This document shows, in pieces, positions 1 through 11,325 of a stretch of 64,000 nt of DNA. The stretch's first letter is position 1, and each line of letters starts with the position of its first letter. This stretch comes from Hydrolagus colliei. Taxonomy: Eukaryota. Below the pieces are notes generated by a model. That model did no database searches. It saw only the letters and a list, made by a program, of their open reading frames with translations, and had not been told where the DNA came from. A program made the position numbers and the translations under genes. Where the stretch lies: positions 5,704,001 through 5,768,000 of the forward strand of contig CM068757.1 in NCBI GenBank assembly GCA_035084275.1, in the 5' to 3' direction.

Positions 1-135
1 TACCTCCGCTTCGTGTTTCACCCCTTCCCAAACACTCCCCTCTCAGCTCGGGTCACACGCCTCCTGTGCAGCGCCTTGGGACGTCCTCCCGACGTGAAAG
101 GCGCTCTAAAAATGTAATTTGTTGTTGTTGTTGTT
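1..135 (+). mobile_element. L2-clade LINE 3' end
   Basis: C/T-rich 3' region followed by the L2-type terminus GCAGCGCCTTGGGACGTCC...GTGAAAGGCGCTCTAAAAATGTAA and a (GTT)n tail. Confidence 0.75.
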
Positions 136-153
136 AAACACCACAAGAGTATC

Positions 154-240
154 AGTGTCAGCCTAGCTCAGCTGGTAGTTCTCTCGTCACTAAGTCAGAA
201 TGTTGTGGGTCAAGATCCAACTGGGAACTTTGAGCTTGAG
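154..240 (+). mobile_element. tRNA-derived head of Deu-domain SINE (family B), truncated
   Basis: TGTCAGCCTAGCTCAGCTGGTAG...AAGTCAGAATGTTGTGGGTCAAG carries an A-box and matches the heads at 39417, 43768, 46125 and 38112(-). Confidence 0.7.
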
Positions 241-954
241 GTGCCTGATCTTATCTTTACTACCTTTATCAAAATACCATTTTCACTGTCTAGGATTCTG
301 TACATTTGTGAAAGAAAAAAAAAGTTAAGATTAAACTAGATGTAAATTAACTTTGCTCTAAATTTAATATTGTTCGGGGTGGGGGGTGAGGAGGGCGGCT
401 GGTAGGGGGGCGTTAAATGTCATTGTTGTTATATTGGTATATTTGAAGTTTCAGCCACTCTTTTGATTTAATTGAAATCTTTTAAATATTTGCCCTTCGC
501 ATCAAAAATCAAGCCGTTTGGGATGAGTGAAGAGATCGCTCATATACTTGACTCTATGCATTGGCTTTAAATGCATCACTTTCAAGTTGACAAGAATTGG
601 AGCAGACAGACAAGACCACATGTAACCTTTAGAGAAGAAAGGATAACTTGCAGTCAGCAAAATGTCGTCTGATAGATGAGATGTACATCAGGTAAGCAGA
701 ATAAAAATTGTTTCTGGAAGGCTTCACGTACCAAAGACCTTTGTGACTCAATTTTTGTTTCCAGTGTTGTTGATTGTTACTTTTATATGGAGCCACTATT
801 CTTTTGTGATCTGAGATCACAGTATGCTTCAGTAAAGGAGAAAACTCGCTCAATATTTCCAGGGTGACTGAAGCCGGACAGACACCTGAATGTTCAATGC
901 AATCTGTAGAGCAATCCTAAGGTTGAGGCTGAGAACTGAGCTTTGGTCACTCAA

Positions 955-1105
955 TCCACCACTGTTTCTGGGACACCTCTGTGCCAAATGACTGCTGAGT
1001 TTCGCTAACAAAACATACAGTTGATTCACTTTACATTCTGTGAAGTTCTATGAGATGTCTCAATGGAGTGATGAGGTTCCACCACAAATGCAGGAGGAGT
1101 GTTAT
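955..1105 (+). mobile_element. Decayed SINE 3' body/tail
   Basis: CTGTTTCTGGGACAC...CACTTTACATTCTGTGAAG...GAGATGTCTC...CAAATGCAGGA aligns with the SINE tails elsewhere in the window. Confidence 0.6.
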
Positions 1106-1769
1106 TGCAAAAGCTCAGCTCTGAAGCAGTTTTAAAGAAAAGGAGAAGCGCAAAAAGAACCCAGTTCAAACTATTCCCATTGTCCTTCGTGTGATATTGT
1201 TCATCTCCGTTCAGTAAGATGGCAGGTAATGGCCTCATAAATCAGATAGGCCGTCAAAACATCAGCCTACGAACCCGTGGGGATTCAGTACTGTCCACCT
1301 CCGAAACACGGGAAGCAACTAAATGGGATTGAGGCGGTCAAATCTCATCTTCATTTCAATGAATTGAATAAACAACAGATGTTCAAACTGTGCAGAATTA
1401 GTCACGTCAATTAAGCCCCAACTGCACTATCTTCTCATTCAATTCTTCATATCCTGTCCTACCTTACAATGCTGTCTTTTATGATTATTTCAAACTAATG
1501 TGATCAGTTTGTGTACACAAGCCTTGTGTAATTATTTCAGAGTTCCTGTTTCATGCGAGATGTCTCCATGCACCAGTGTATCTAGGTTTGAAATTTGCAA
1601 CATTTCATCAAGCATTCCTCATTTATAATCGCATCAAACTCATAATGAAAGGCCACAAATTTCATCCCATAATGTTTTACGCTTTGTAGAATTATATTGA
1701 ACAATGCAACACTAAAACATGTCACTCCGCCCAACTTGTCCATACCAAGATTTATACTCCACATGAGTC

Positions 1770-1975
1770 TCCAACCCTCCTATTGCCCTCTCCTATACAG
1801 GTTCAATTCACTTCTCCCTCAAGAATGCATTAGGTTTCCTCTTAAATACATCCATGTTGTTTTTCCATTAACTGCAGTGTCCAGCAATGAGCTACATATT
1901 CTCACCGCCTTCTAAGTGAAAAAGTTTTTCCTATACTCTCTTTTAGATCTGCTACTGGCTAACTTACATTTATGT
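1770..1975 (-). mobile_element. CR1 LINE 3' ORF2 fragment (old)
   Basis: CATATTCTCACCGCCTTCTAAGTGAAAAAGTTTTTCCT parallels the younger CR1 at 9480-9520 (FF.xRVV..WN motif on the minus strand). Confidence 0.55.
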
Positions 1976-3979
1976 GTGCAGGGAATTGCTGTGAATCACG
2001 TGAAGTACTTTGAGATGTCCATTCCAATGTAAAAGCATCCAAGTCAAGTGCAACAATTTTGATAGAAATATACACTGTTAGATTTGCAGACAAAATCCAT
2101 CTCCCTAATCAGTGTTTTCTTCACTGTCAAAGTTATAATTTCACATTATCTAACGCAGCATGTATCTCCGCTCCTCCCTCTATCTGCCGTACAATTACTG
2201 CAAGAATAGCACTCTTTCTCATCTTCTCCCATTGAAGTATGCAGGGTGAAGAGTTTGAATTTCCTAGCTTTCTCTCCTGTTCTTGTTTTTCGTATCAAGA
2301 GCTGAAAAGCCGTTCCTCCAATTCCACTAACTTTCTAACTTGGTTGGAGGCAGAAATGACTTGAAAGTGAATTTTTTTTTGCGACTGAGAAAAATGTCTT
2401 TTTTTTTCCCCCAGGGACTCTCTGCTTGTGTGTGGCAACGAACTCACAGCGTCAAAATGCAAATATCAGTCAGCCCGTGTTAAAAGTGCCGCTGAGATTT
2501 GCTGCCTGTGAATAAGGAGCAGTGAAAGGAGACTCACCGATCAGGTATCTAGACTGAAGGATTGTGGGGGCCATGCCTATGCATTCTTTAACTGGTATTG
2601 AAGAGCTATTAACTCGTTATAGGCAGAAAATCATTTCTGTTAAAAAATGAACAAATCCCTTCATGCCCTAATTCACAAATATCTTTATATTTGTATGGAT
2701 GGAATACGTGAGGATCAGGATCAAACAATAGTTTGTGCCAATATCTGTCCAGGGTTGTAGGCCATGTCATTTCATGAGGACTGAGTCAGCCACTCACCTC
2801 ATATGCTTATCATATTTGGGTGCAATTTGATTGAGATCGGCTATGTGTTGCATGAACAAACATGCATTAAAGTCATTTACCAGATATTCTTTATGTTGAA
2901 CATTAGTATTCGTGACTAGTGTTGAATTTTAGTAAACTGCTTCATCATGCAAATAAACAAGGTGCAAAACATACCCACCAGGGAGACAACTCTAGTCCTG
3001 GACAAAGGAGCAACCTAGAGACATGGTAAAGATATATTGTTTTTATTTGTCTCTCAATAGCAAATCGTTTTATCAATGTTATCAACCACCTTGGCCACCT
3101 TCCAGAGCCTTGCACTTGCATTTATTTTTATCTAACTACTTCAATTAAATCTAAGAAGTACAATTTTCTCATAAAACATTCATAAATGCTGAAAGGTACA
3201 GGGAATCCTCTTAACATTTCCATGCACAATAAGGGAAGGAGCAGTGTTTCTATTAATGATTCATCATAACCGGCTTCACTAACAACTTTAATCATATTTT
3301 TTAATTAAGAATTTAGCATGGAAAAGTCATGTTCCATGCCATCGAGCATAATAGGCCAGTCATTTCTGAGCTTTATTTAAACTTCTTACAGTAAAGTAAA
3401 AAAGATCTTCATCTGAATCATTCAGTGAAGCTTGTGAGGAAGCATCAATGTACCCATAATAATGTAATCATCTTGACATTTGGTACTGCACACATCAGGA
3501 GGACATGCCAGAGCACTTCACAGGATTTACTGTGCAATGCAGTGACTGCAGCTTTTGTCAATTTGCAGATAAACAGAAATGTTTATTTTTTGCTCTAAAT
3601 TGTCATTCACCAAGGAGCAATGTGAACCATACTCACTGCCAAATAGTGATACTGTACATTCACAGAATAGCAACACTATTTGTCAGGGAGTGTGATGGAT
3701 AGGACACCCACGGAAGCAAAAAACCATTGGGTCCAGTAATGCTTAATGCAGAATTCTAATAGAATTCCCATTAAATCACAGACTTACTCTGGAAATAAAT
3801 GATAATTTGGAGTTGCCACTGTTAGGGTTGACATACTTGCAGATACCTGAAGAAGATTTGCATGACTCAGATCTCTCAAACCTGCTGGAATAAGGCTGAC
3901 AAACCAGTGCAGTGATATAAGTCTTGAAGACGTGATAAGGCACCAAATCAGATGCAAGAATTATTATTATTGTTATCCT

Positions 3980-4285
3980 TTAGATGAGTTTTTAAACAGA
4001 GGTCCCATCTGGCCATTTTCAGGTGGGCATTAAAGATACCACAGCACTATCCGAAAAGAGAATGGAGTTTCTCCCAACATCCTGGCCAACAATCCCCCAG
4101 AGAAAAATAAAATGTTTATATTCACTTCACTGCAGTTTGTTCGACATTGCTGTGTGAAAACTGTCTGCTGCATTCACCTACAAATACAGAGGTCAATACA
4201 CTTTTACAGAATAAAAATTGTGAAGTGCTTTGTGTTTCAACGTGATAAGCCACTACATTAAACGCAGTTATTAATTATTATTGCT
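3980..4285 (+). mobile_element. Deu-domain SINE (family B), 5'-truncated
   Basis: AAACAGAGGTCCCATCTG...CAGGTGGGCATTAAAGATACCACAGCACTAT...TCCTGGCCAACA is the Deu core; the element ends in an (ATT)n tail. Confidence 0.75.
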
Positions 4286-6072
4286 GTTCCCAGGGAACAA
4301 ACGCACCACGTTATTGGTGGGTGTAAAACTGCAGCAGGCTGGCAAAAAACTAAATGGAATTTGAAACTGGACAGAATTGATCAAGTCTGTGGAAGGAGTA
4401 AAATTAATGAGGAGAAATTAGAAGCGAAGGGAGAACAGGGATCAAGCCATAAATAATATAGTTCATGTAACACCCTAAGTCCCACAGAACCCATCTGGGA
4501 AGTCATTTGAACTAGGGATGGCTTTATATATTGCACTAAAAGTGCTTTTATAACGGATGTTTTAGAACTCCCTCTCATTCAAAGTTTCTGTAAGCCTTAT
4601 CAGCTCAAGCCTGCAAATTCTTGAAGGTCTTTTAGGTTTGGATTGTACTCCTGAGTCCTGAGTGTAAAAAGTTATTCATAAGAAGCCTTTCAATGCGCAG
4701 TTAATCACTCTGGATGATTTCAACACATCTCATAAATGCTTAAAATGGTGATGAACAGATGTACATTAGGGATCTCCAATGTTCGTTCTGCTTCCTTCAA
4801 GAGAAAAATTATTTCCTGTGATTCTACATAGTTTCCTGAATTCTTGTTATATTTTTCACTGTCCACCGCCTCCTCACTCCTCTCACCTGCCTTATTGCTT
4901 GTAACCTCCTTCAGCATTAACATATTGGAAGCAAGCTTGTTGTGTGCAATGTTAACCCTGTATCTGAAGTGCACCATGGTGTCAGATGTAATCACAGTTA
5001 ACCACCATCAAGCTATGACCTTGATGATGAGTCAAGCTGTTTGAAGAAGTTACTTTCTTCTTTAAATTCCCACTGACTTATTCACTGTTGGACATTGTTT
5101 TCTTTAAAAAGCTCAAGATGTTGTGACAACAGTGAATAATCAGCAGAAAAAACAACCTGAATTTTGACGACGATCTAGAGGGATGATATAATATATTATT
5201 ATTATAATATTATTAAGATCAAATTTTGGAACGTCCTCTCTGCACAGTAAGACAAACGTATGGTTGAATTGTCATGGAAGCAATGACAATTTACTTCCCT
5301 TCCATCGCCGAATATTTCATGTTGCAAGTCTGTATATACTAAGTCTATACTCTGGTCCCTGTTCAGGCCCCTGTTATTTCCTCTTCATAGTCAAATTGTT
5401 CCATCAAAAGCAAATCTGCAGCTGTGGACAGAGCAAGTCTGGTATAGGTTTCCACTTAAACCAGGGGAAACATTGCCTAAATGAACTCCATTACCAAAAG
5501 ACATCTGACTTCAGCTAATGTCAGGCAAGTCACTCCATCTGATGCAACCCATCAAGCCACACTTCTGGCACCCAAAGAGTTAAGAGGATTGCACTGCTCA
5601 CAAAAAAAAACTGTCACATTCAATCCAAATGAACAAGGAGTTAAGAAGATGTGTAAATGAAAAAAACCAAAGAGGAAAATAATCTAATTAATTTGTCGGT
5701 GTTTAGAAGAGGAGTTTGTCAACATGTCCAGTGTTCTTCACAGCGTTTCAGATCGTTTTTTTAATAAGCCACCTTGCATATGTTTTGCTTAGGGAACAAA
5801 TGAGGCCCGAAGAAAACGATTCAGACACCAATTCACCAATGACTCATCCACCGCAGCAGAACCCAGTGACCTTTGAAAGGCAAACACACAACTTACAGAC
5901 CAAGCTGCTAATTATACAAACAGACACTGATTGGAATATCATTTATAATTTATAACACTCAAACTACACAAGCCTGCACACACAGCATCGGCTCCCAGAA
6001 CATACATTAGATAATGAGACAGGATCATTTCGGTCTGCTCGGTGCACCATGAGTCTTTTCATATTTGTGAGG

Positions 6073-6125
6073 CTGAGTGAATAGACTTCACTCAGACATC
6101 TGAGTGAAGTCAGATGTCTGAGTGA
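6073..6125. repeat. Nested perfect inverted repeats (three overlapping hairpins)
   Basis: Perfectly complementary arms at 6073-6081/6087-6095 (9 bp), 6084-6096/6099-6111 (13 bp) and 6088-6103/6110-6125 (16 bp). Confidence 0.95.
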
Positions 6126-7819
6126 TGACATGCTTAAGAGAATTTCAAAGCTGAGGTTATTTTGACAGGTGTCATTCACGCCAAGCATAATAATACATTG
6201 TTGGCAACGAGAAGACGGAGGAATGGAGGATATTTTCTCCGCGTTGTCAAGTTAGTCATAATTCCGCTGATTTCTCGCACAGCAGAGCCCGAGATTCCAA
6301 TTGGGAGTCACGTTGACTGCCGTTTTGTGACTCTTCACAAAGCCTTGGGATAAAGTGCGAGGCAGAGGGCATTATTATGCAAGGTCAATCTGTTCTTCTT
6401 TCGGGACGGGAGGAGAGAGGGATAGCTTCTCCAAGCAGAGATTGCATGCCCAAGTCTGAGGCTCTATACAAACATAAATTGTTTGTTGTTGTCCAGCAAA
6501 AATATGTCCAACAGCATGTGAGGCACAAAAGTCCAGGATGATTTAGGCTTGCTTTTAATAATATGGAGAAGTCCCTGTCTTGGCTGTGAGCTGAATTGTG
6601 ATTCTATCAATGCCAAAGTCTGACGAAACCTGAAGACTCATATTAACTGCCCAGCTGTTGTCGTGGCAACAACACTTTTATGATTTTATCACAAGCTTTG
6701 ACGAGAGACAATCAGCAGCCAAGCCCTTTTAGACAGTATGACCATTGGATTAAGAGATGGACTCCACTAATCAGCACTAAAATCATCAAACCACACAGTA
6801 CCTCGGAGTACTTTGTTACTTATTTGACTGACAGAGAATGTTCAGTGCAACTGAGATCGTAACACATATCGAAAGATAATCTAGGTTTGACCCTTTTCAC
6901 ATCTTTGTTTCCTCCTTCGCTTTGTCTTATGATATGTTGACTGTGAAGGGTTAACCAAGGAGGTAAGCAAGTAGTGCCTTTTTAAACAACGTATCCAAAA
7001 ACTGTCCTTTCACTTCTTGGACTAGATGCTGTCCCTTTGGGTAAATTGAAAGCCTCCTTTTATCTGATATCTGTTAAGGTGCCTGTGTGAAATGAGTTTG
7101 AACAGCCCACAGTGCTATCAGCAAGTCCAGATGAAGGACAATGTTCAATTTCGCAGCATTGTCATCTTTCACCCTGGTGAGCACACATACAGAAATGGGG
7201 AGGGGAGGAGGGGGAGGGGGAGGAGAGAGAGTGGGGGGAGAAGAGAGAGCATAATAGTGAATTTTGCTCTGTTAAGCAGACCAGCAACAAGGGAACGCTT
7301 TTCTGCTTTGAACAGCTCAGTCATTGACTTGAGGGCCAAGATGTATTTTCTCTTTGAACGAATGCCCTATCCACTGCCCCCTCTGCCTCCAATGTGCTTG
7401 TCTACATCGGGCACCCACCAGCATGAAACTCTATGGACTGAATTGCAGAAACTCCCCACCAGAGAAACATGGGGATCAATTTACCAGTTGCGAATGTTTT
7501 CGATTATCACTCGTGAATATCCAATTGCTTTTGTTCCAGGTGTCATTTTTCTTAAGCTGAAAAAGTAATTACTACATTTCGGAAATCTTGCCCCCTGAGG
7601 CGGGTTGTTATAACTACCAAGCGGGGATATGCGAATGAGAGATAACATTGTTCGTAAAGTGAAAAAGGATTTGACACATTTTCTGAACTTTTTGGCTTTT
7701 TCAATATTAATGACTCCCAAAGTTTGCTGGAGTCCCTATGAGTTAACTAATAGTGACTGAGGAATGTTTTAATTTCCCCCTCTTTACAGCCCTACACAGC
7801 TGACAGAGTTATAAAATTG

Positions 7820-8050
7820 GACTAGGGTTGGGGGGGTGGGGGGAGATGGGGGAGCATAGGGAACATAGGAAGGGGTAAGTTTTAACAGGAGTGATTTGGA
7901 AGCAGAGAGGCAAGGCGGAAGACTTTCAGAAGCGGTTGAAGCGAGTGTGAACCACTGATGATAGGGTGAATGGGCGGAAGATGTGAGGGGGGGGCGGTGG
8001 GAACCTGAGTTAGCAGAGCAGAGGGAGGTAACAATCTCACACAAGTGCCC
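7820..8050 (-). mobile_element. Degenerate L2 3' fragment
   Basis: The minus strand reads TCCCTCTGCTCTGCTAACTCAGG...CCCTATCATCAGTGG...GCCTCTCTGCTTCCAAATCACTC, resembling the L2 3' pieces at 21270 and 53715. Confidence 0.45.
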
Positions 8051-8092
8051 ATTATGCATGTGTGAGCCTCAACATGTATTTGCACATTGTGG

Positions 8093-8450
8093 CGTCCTGT
8101 AGCTCAGTGGTTAGAGCACTTGCTTTGCAAGCAAGAGACGTGGGTTTGATGGCCAGCAGGGTGAAATGCTACGCAAGTTTCCTTGCTCCACATGCCTCTG
8201 TTTACCTAACAATAAGTAGGAACCCGGTTGTTGGTCGATTGGCGAATGGTGTTTCTGGGGGTAATAATTCCTTCAAAAAATAATATTGAATTGGTCACTT
8301 CAATCCACGACTGTTTGAGCAGTGCTCAATTAATTACCACGTTTTGCCCACAAAATATACATTCAATTCACTTTACAGTGTATTCTGTGAGGCTCTTTGA
8401 GACATTGTGAAAATGCGATAAAGCTGTATATCAAATGCAAGGATTATTAT
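8093..8450 (+). mobile_element. tRNA-derived SINE family A, full-length long form
   Basis: Head GTCCTGTAGCTCAGTGGTTAGAGC (A-box), central TGTTTACCTAACAATAAGTAGGAACC module, Deu-like 3' body and ATCAAATGCAAGGATTATTAT tail. Confidence 0.9.
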
Positions 8451-9169
8451 GGTCCCTGAGTGCAACCCAGTTGAGCACACAACAAATCACCGCTGTGACT
8501 GGTTACACAAACTTAACAGGGATAGAGATAACCTCTCATCTATTTTTCCACATACCTCATAATCTTACCACTCCTAAATAAAATGTTGAGGTATTTTTAT
8601 TCTAAATATATATTTCATGTTCAATTCCTTTCCTTCAGTGTGTAGGCGTGGAATCCAGAGAGAGGTATTAAACCGTTGTTTTTCCAATCAGTATACATCA
8701 AAATTATTTCAAAATTGAATAATATTTTCAGTCAAAATTGCATTATTAATGATAATATGCCTTTGGGCTTGTCTGACAAGAGATTTCTTACCATAATCAG
8801 TAAGGAATGACCTTGCCAGTGCAGATAATGCAATTGCATTGTGTATGCAAAATCATTGCATACAGAATGACTGAACAGGAAACAAATACAATTTATTGTT
8901 GACCGTGCCCATTTCTCAACCCAGTTTCTCCTACGGTCCCTCTTGCACACGTAAAAACATTTGAATTACGTGCCAAGCATGTACAGAGGAAATAACGGGC
9001 ACAACTAATTAGTTTATTCATTCGGTTTAGTTGTTAATTACAGCATTAATAAATCATTTGCAGAGGCAATGCATCGCTCTGAAAGTCCGTGCACTTTTGA
9101 ATTAGACACGGAGCCAGTTCTGCGGTCAGAGGAAACTGGTTTGGTTTTCTTGCATGTGTGCCAGGACAC

Positions 9170-9965
9170 CTGGCCTGCCTGTTCCGGTTCGTAGCACATC
9201 TCAGTCTTTGACTTAGAAGATTGTGGGTTAAATCCCCAATCTGCTGTTTTGATTTCAGAGTATGGGCTGACGCTCCAATAAAGAACATAAGAATTAAAAG
9301 CAGGAGTAGGCCATTCAGCCCCTCGAGCCTGCCCCGCCATTCAATAAGATCTTCTAATCTAACTCCACCTGCCCGCCTTATTCCCATATCCCTTAATCCC
9401 TTTATCCATAAGAAATCTATCAATCTCAGTCTTTAATTTGTTCAAGGACTGAGCATCTACAGCCTTTTGGGGTAGAGAATTCCGTAAATTCACTACCCTG
9501 TGAATGAAGAAGTTTTTCCTCAACGCAGTGCGAAAAGGCTGACCCCTAATTTTAAGACCATGACCCCTAGTTATAGTTTCTACCAACCAAGGGAAACAAT
9601 CTCCCATTGTCTACTCTGTCATGCCCCTTAATAATCTTATATACAATATAATAAAGTCCTGGGGTTGCAGGAGGTATCATCCTTTGGATGAGATGTGCAC
9701 TGAAGTGCTGTTTACTTGTTCTGGTGGATGTTAAGGATCCATGGCACATCCCATTAGTGAAATAAGTCCTTCCATCCTCCAACAAACACAAATAAAATTG
9801 GTTGTTCACTTCATGGCTATTTGTGGAACATTATTAGGTGCAAACTGGCTACTACGGTAAGAACTACTACTCTTACAAATACAGAGTCACTATACTTGAG
9901 AGTAAATGCTTTGAACGTGCTTTCGACATGAAAGGCGTTATATTAAATGCAATAATTATTCTAGT
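9170..9965 (+). mobile_element. Deu-domain SINE (family B) split by a CR1 insertion
   Basis: Head at 9170-9280 (GTAGCAC...AGAAGATTGTGGGTTAAATCCC). The body resumes at about 9657 (TTTGGATGAGATG...GGTGGATGTTAAGGATCCATGGCAC) and runs to the tail AAATGCAATAATTATT. Confidence 0.75.
9284..9649 (-). mobile_element. CR1 LINE 3' end, 5'-truncated, relatively young
   Basis: The minus-strand ORF reads TRGHGLKIRGQPFRTALRKNFFIHRVVNLRNSLPQKAVDA...KTEIDRFL, the CR1 ORF2 C-terminus. The 3' UTR is GAGGGGCTGAATGGCCTACTCCTGCT...TTCTTATGTT, and the element is flanked by an AATAAAG direct repeat. Confidence 0.92.
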
Positions 9966-11099
9966 GATTATTATAGTGCTTGACAGACGCGATGGGGCCA
10001 AATTTGGCAAAGTGCTCAATGCCTCCAACAGCTCCGCTTCATGAGGACAAAAGCTCTCTGTATAAATGAAAGTGGGTTTATCCAGATGAACAGAATTTCT
10101 AATGGGAATATCTGTGGATGAGAATGTACATTAATCAAACTGAGGGATGAAGGTGGTGGGAAAGGAAGCCAATTTCCCCATGCTCAGTGACAGTAGCAAG
10201 CACTCCTCAGGTATGCCGTAGGTCAATTGTATTAAATTATCCTACAAATTATCTTAACAATGTGTGTCAGCCATCAAAACGGGCGTCTCCTCCTCGAGGG
10301 CAGCCTGGGATTTCTATTTCTAAAGTGTTTGCCATCTCTGAAGCTTTGTGATAGAGTCAGCGAAGCGCACACTTTTTTATTCCTCGCCGAGATAAGTTGT
10401 TACTGCACACGTGACCCAGGAAGTCAGTGCGCATCACGCACTACAATACAATTTACTTTTATGTCGCGGCTTTCACAGTGGGAGGACATCGCAATCATAG
10501 TGCAGCATAGCAGAACTGCCCCCACCCAAAGCCTGCCAGCAAAATAGACAGACAAACCAAAGGAGAATCAGAGAATATACTGCAAAAATGTTAATCACTC
10601 AGTTCCATTCTTCTCTCCTTGCCCTCGATCAGGTTAATCTGTCCCTTTTGTTGCTGTGTATTGATGTTCACCTCTAAAATCCCGCAGTCACTGCTCATTA
10701 CAGTAAATCCTGTGAAGTGTTTTGAGACATTTTCCTTCTGCAAAATGCGCTGTATCATATGCATGGGCTTATTACTGCCCAAACATTCCTCTCTGTGCTC
10801 ATTCCTTAGTTATTTTATCTCTCTCCCGCTCTCGCCAATGATGCTTTTTTTTTTATGAAGCCAATTTCCTCCTAGGTACGGACGCCACAAATGCCAAAAT
10901 CTTTGATTTCTATCATTTCTCTGTGACCCAATTCCTGATCCAGTTGCCATCCTGCTTTACTTGGCTGCTGACCATATGCATTGCTGGCAATACGTTGACT
11001 GCGGCAACAACAACAACAATGCCTTTCATCAACAAAATAGTATTGTAATAACTTCTGAGTCCAGGTAAATGGTTCATCCCCAAATCAGTTTATTTGGCT

Positions 11100-11325
11100 G
11101 CTCAACTCATTGTTGGTTGGGGGATGTTTCTGGTGAAAATTAGCTGCTACGTTTGCCTGCTTCACTCCGATTAATCTTGCCTTGCAAAGCGCTTTGTGGC
11201 GTTTCTTTCACATGAAAGGAGCCAAGTAAATGCAAGTTGTTGTTGCCATTGTTACAGCGCCTTGGGACGTCCTCTCGACGTGAAAGGCGCTATATAAATG
11301 TAAGTTTTGTTTGTTTGTTTGTTTG
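11100..11325 (+). mobile_element. Deu-type SINE tail followed by a second L2-type 3' tail
   Basis: Two successive termini: AAAGCGCTTTG...TGAAAGG...AAATGCAAGTTGTTG, then CAGCGCCTTGGGACGTCC...GTGAAAGGCGCTATATAAATGTAAG(TTTG)n. Confidence 0.75.

Noticed and set aside
2415-2544. Exon-like segment with a strong acceptor (T-tract CCCCAG) and CAG|GTATCT
   Set aside because: Stop codons in all three frames and a weak donor; at most a non-coding exon.
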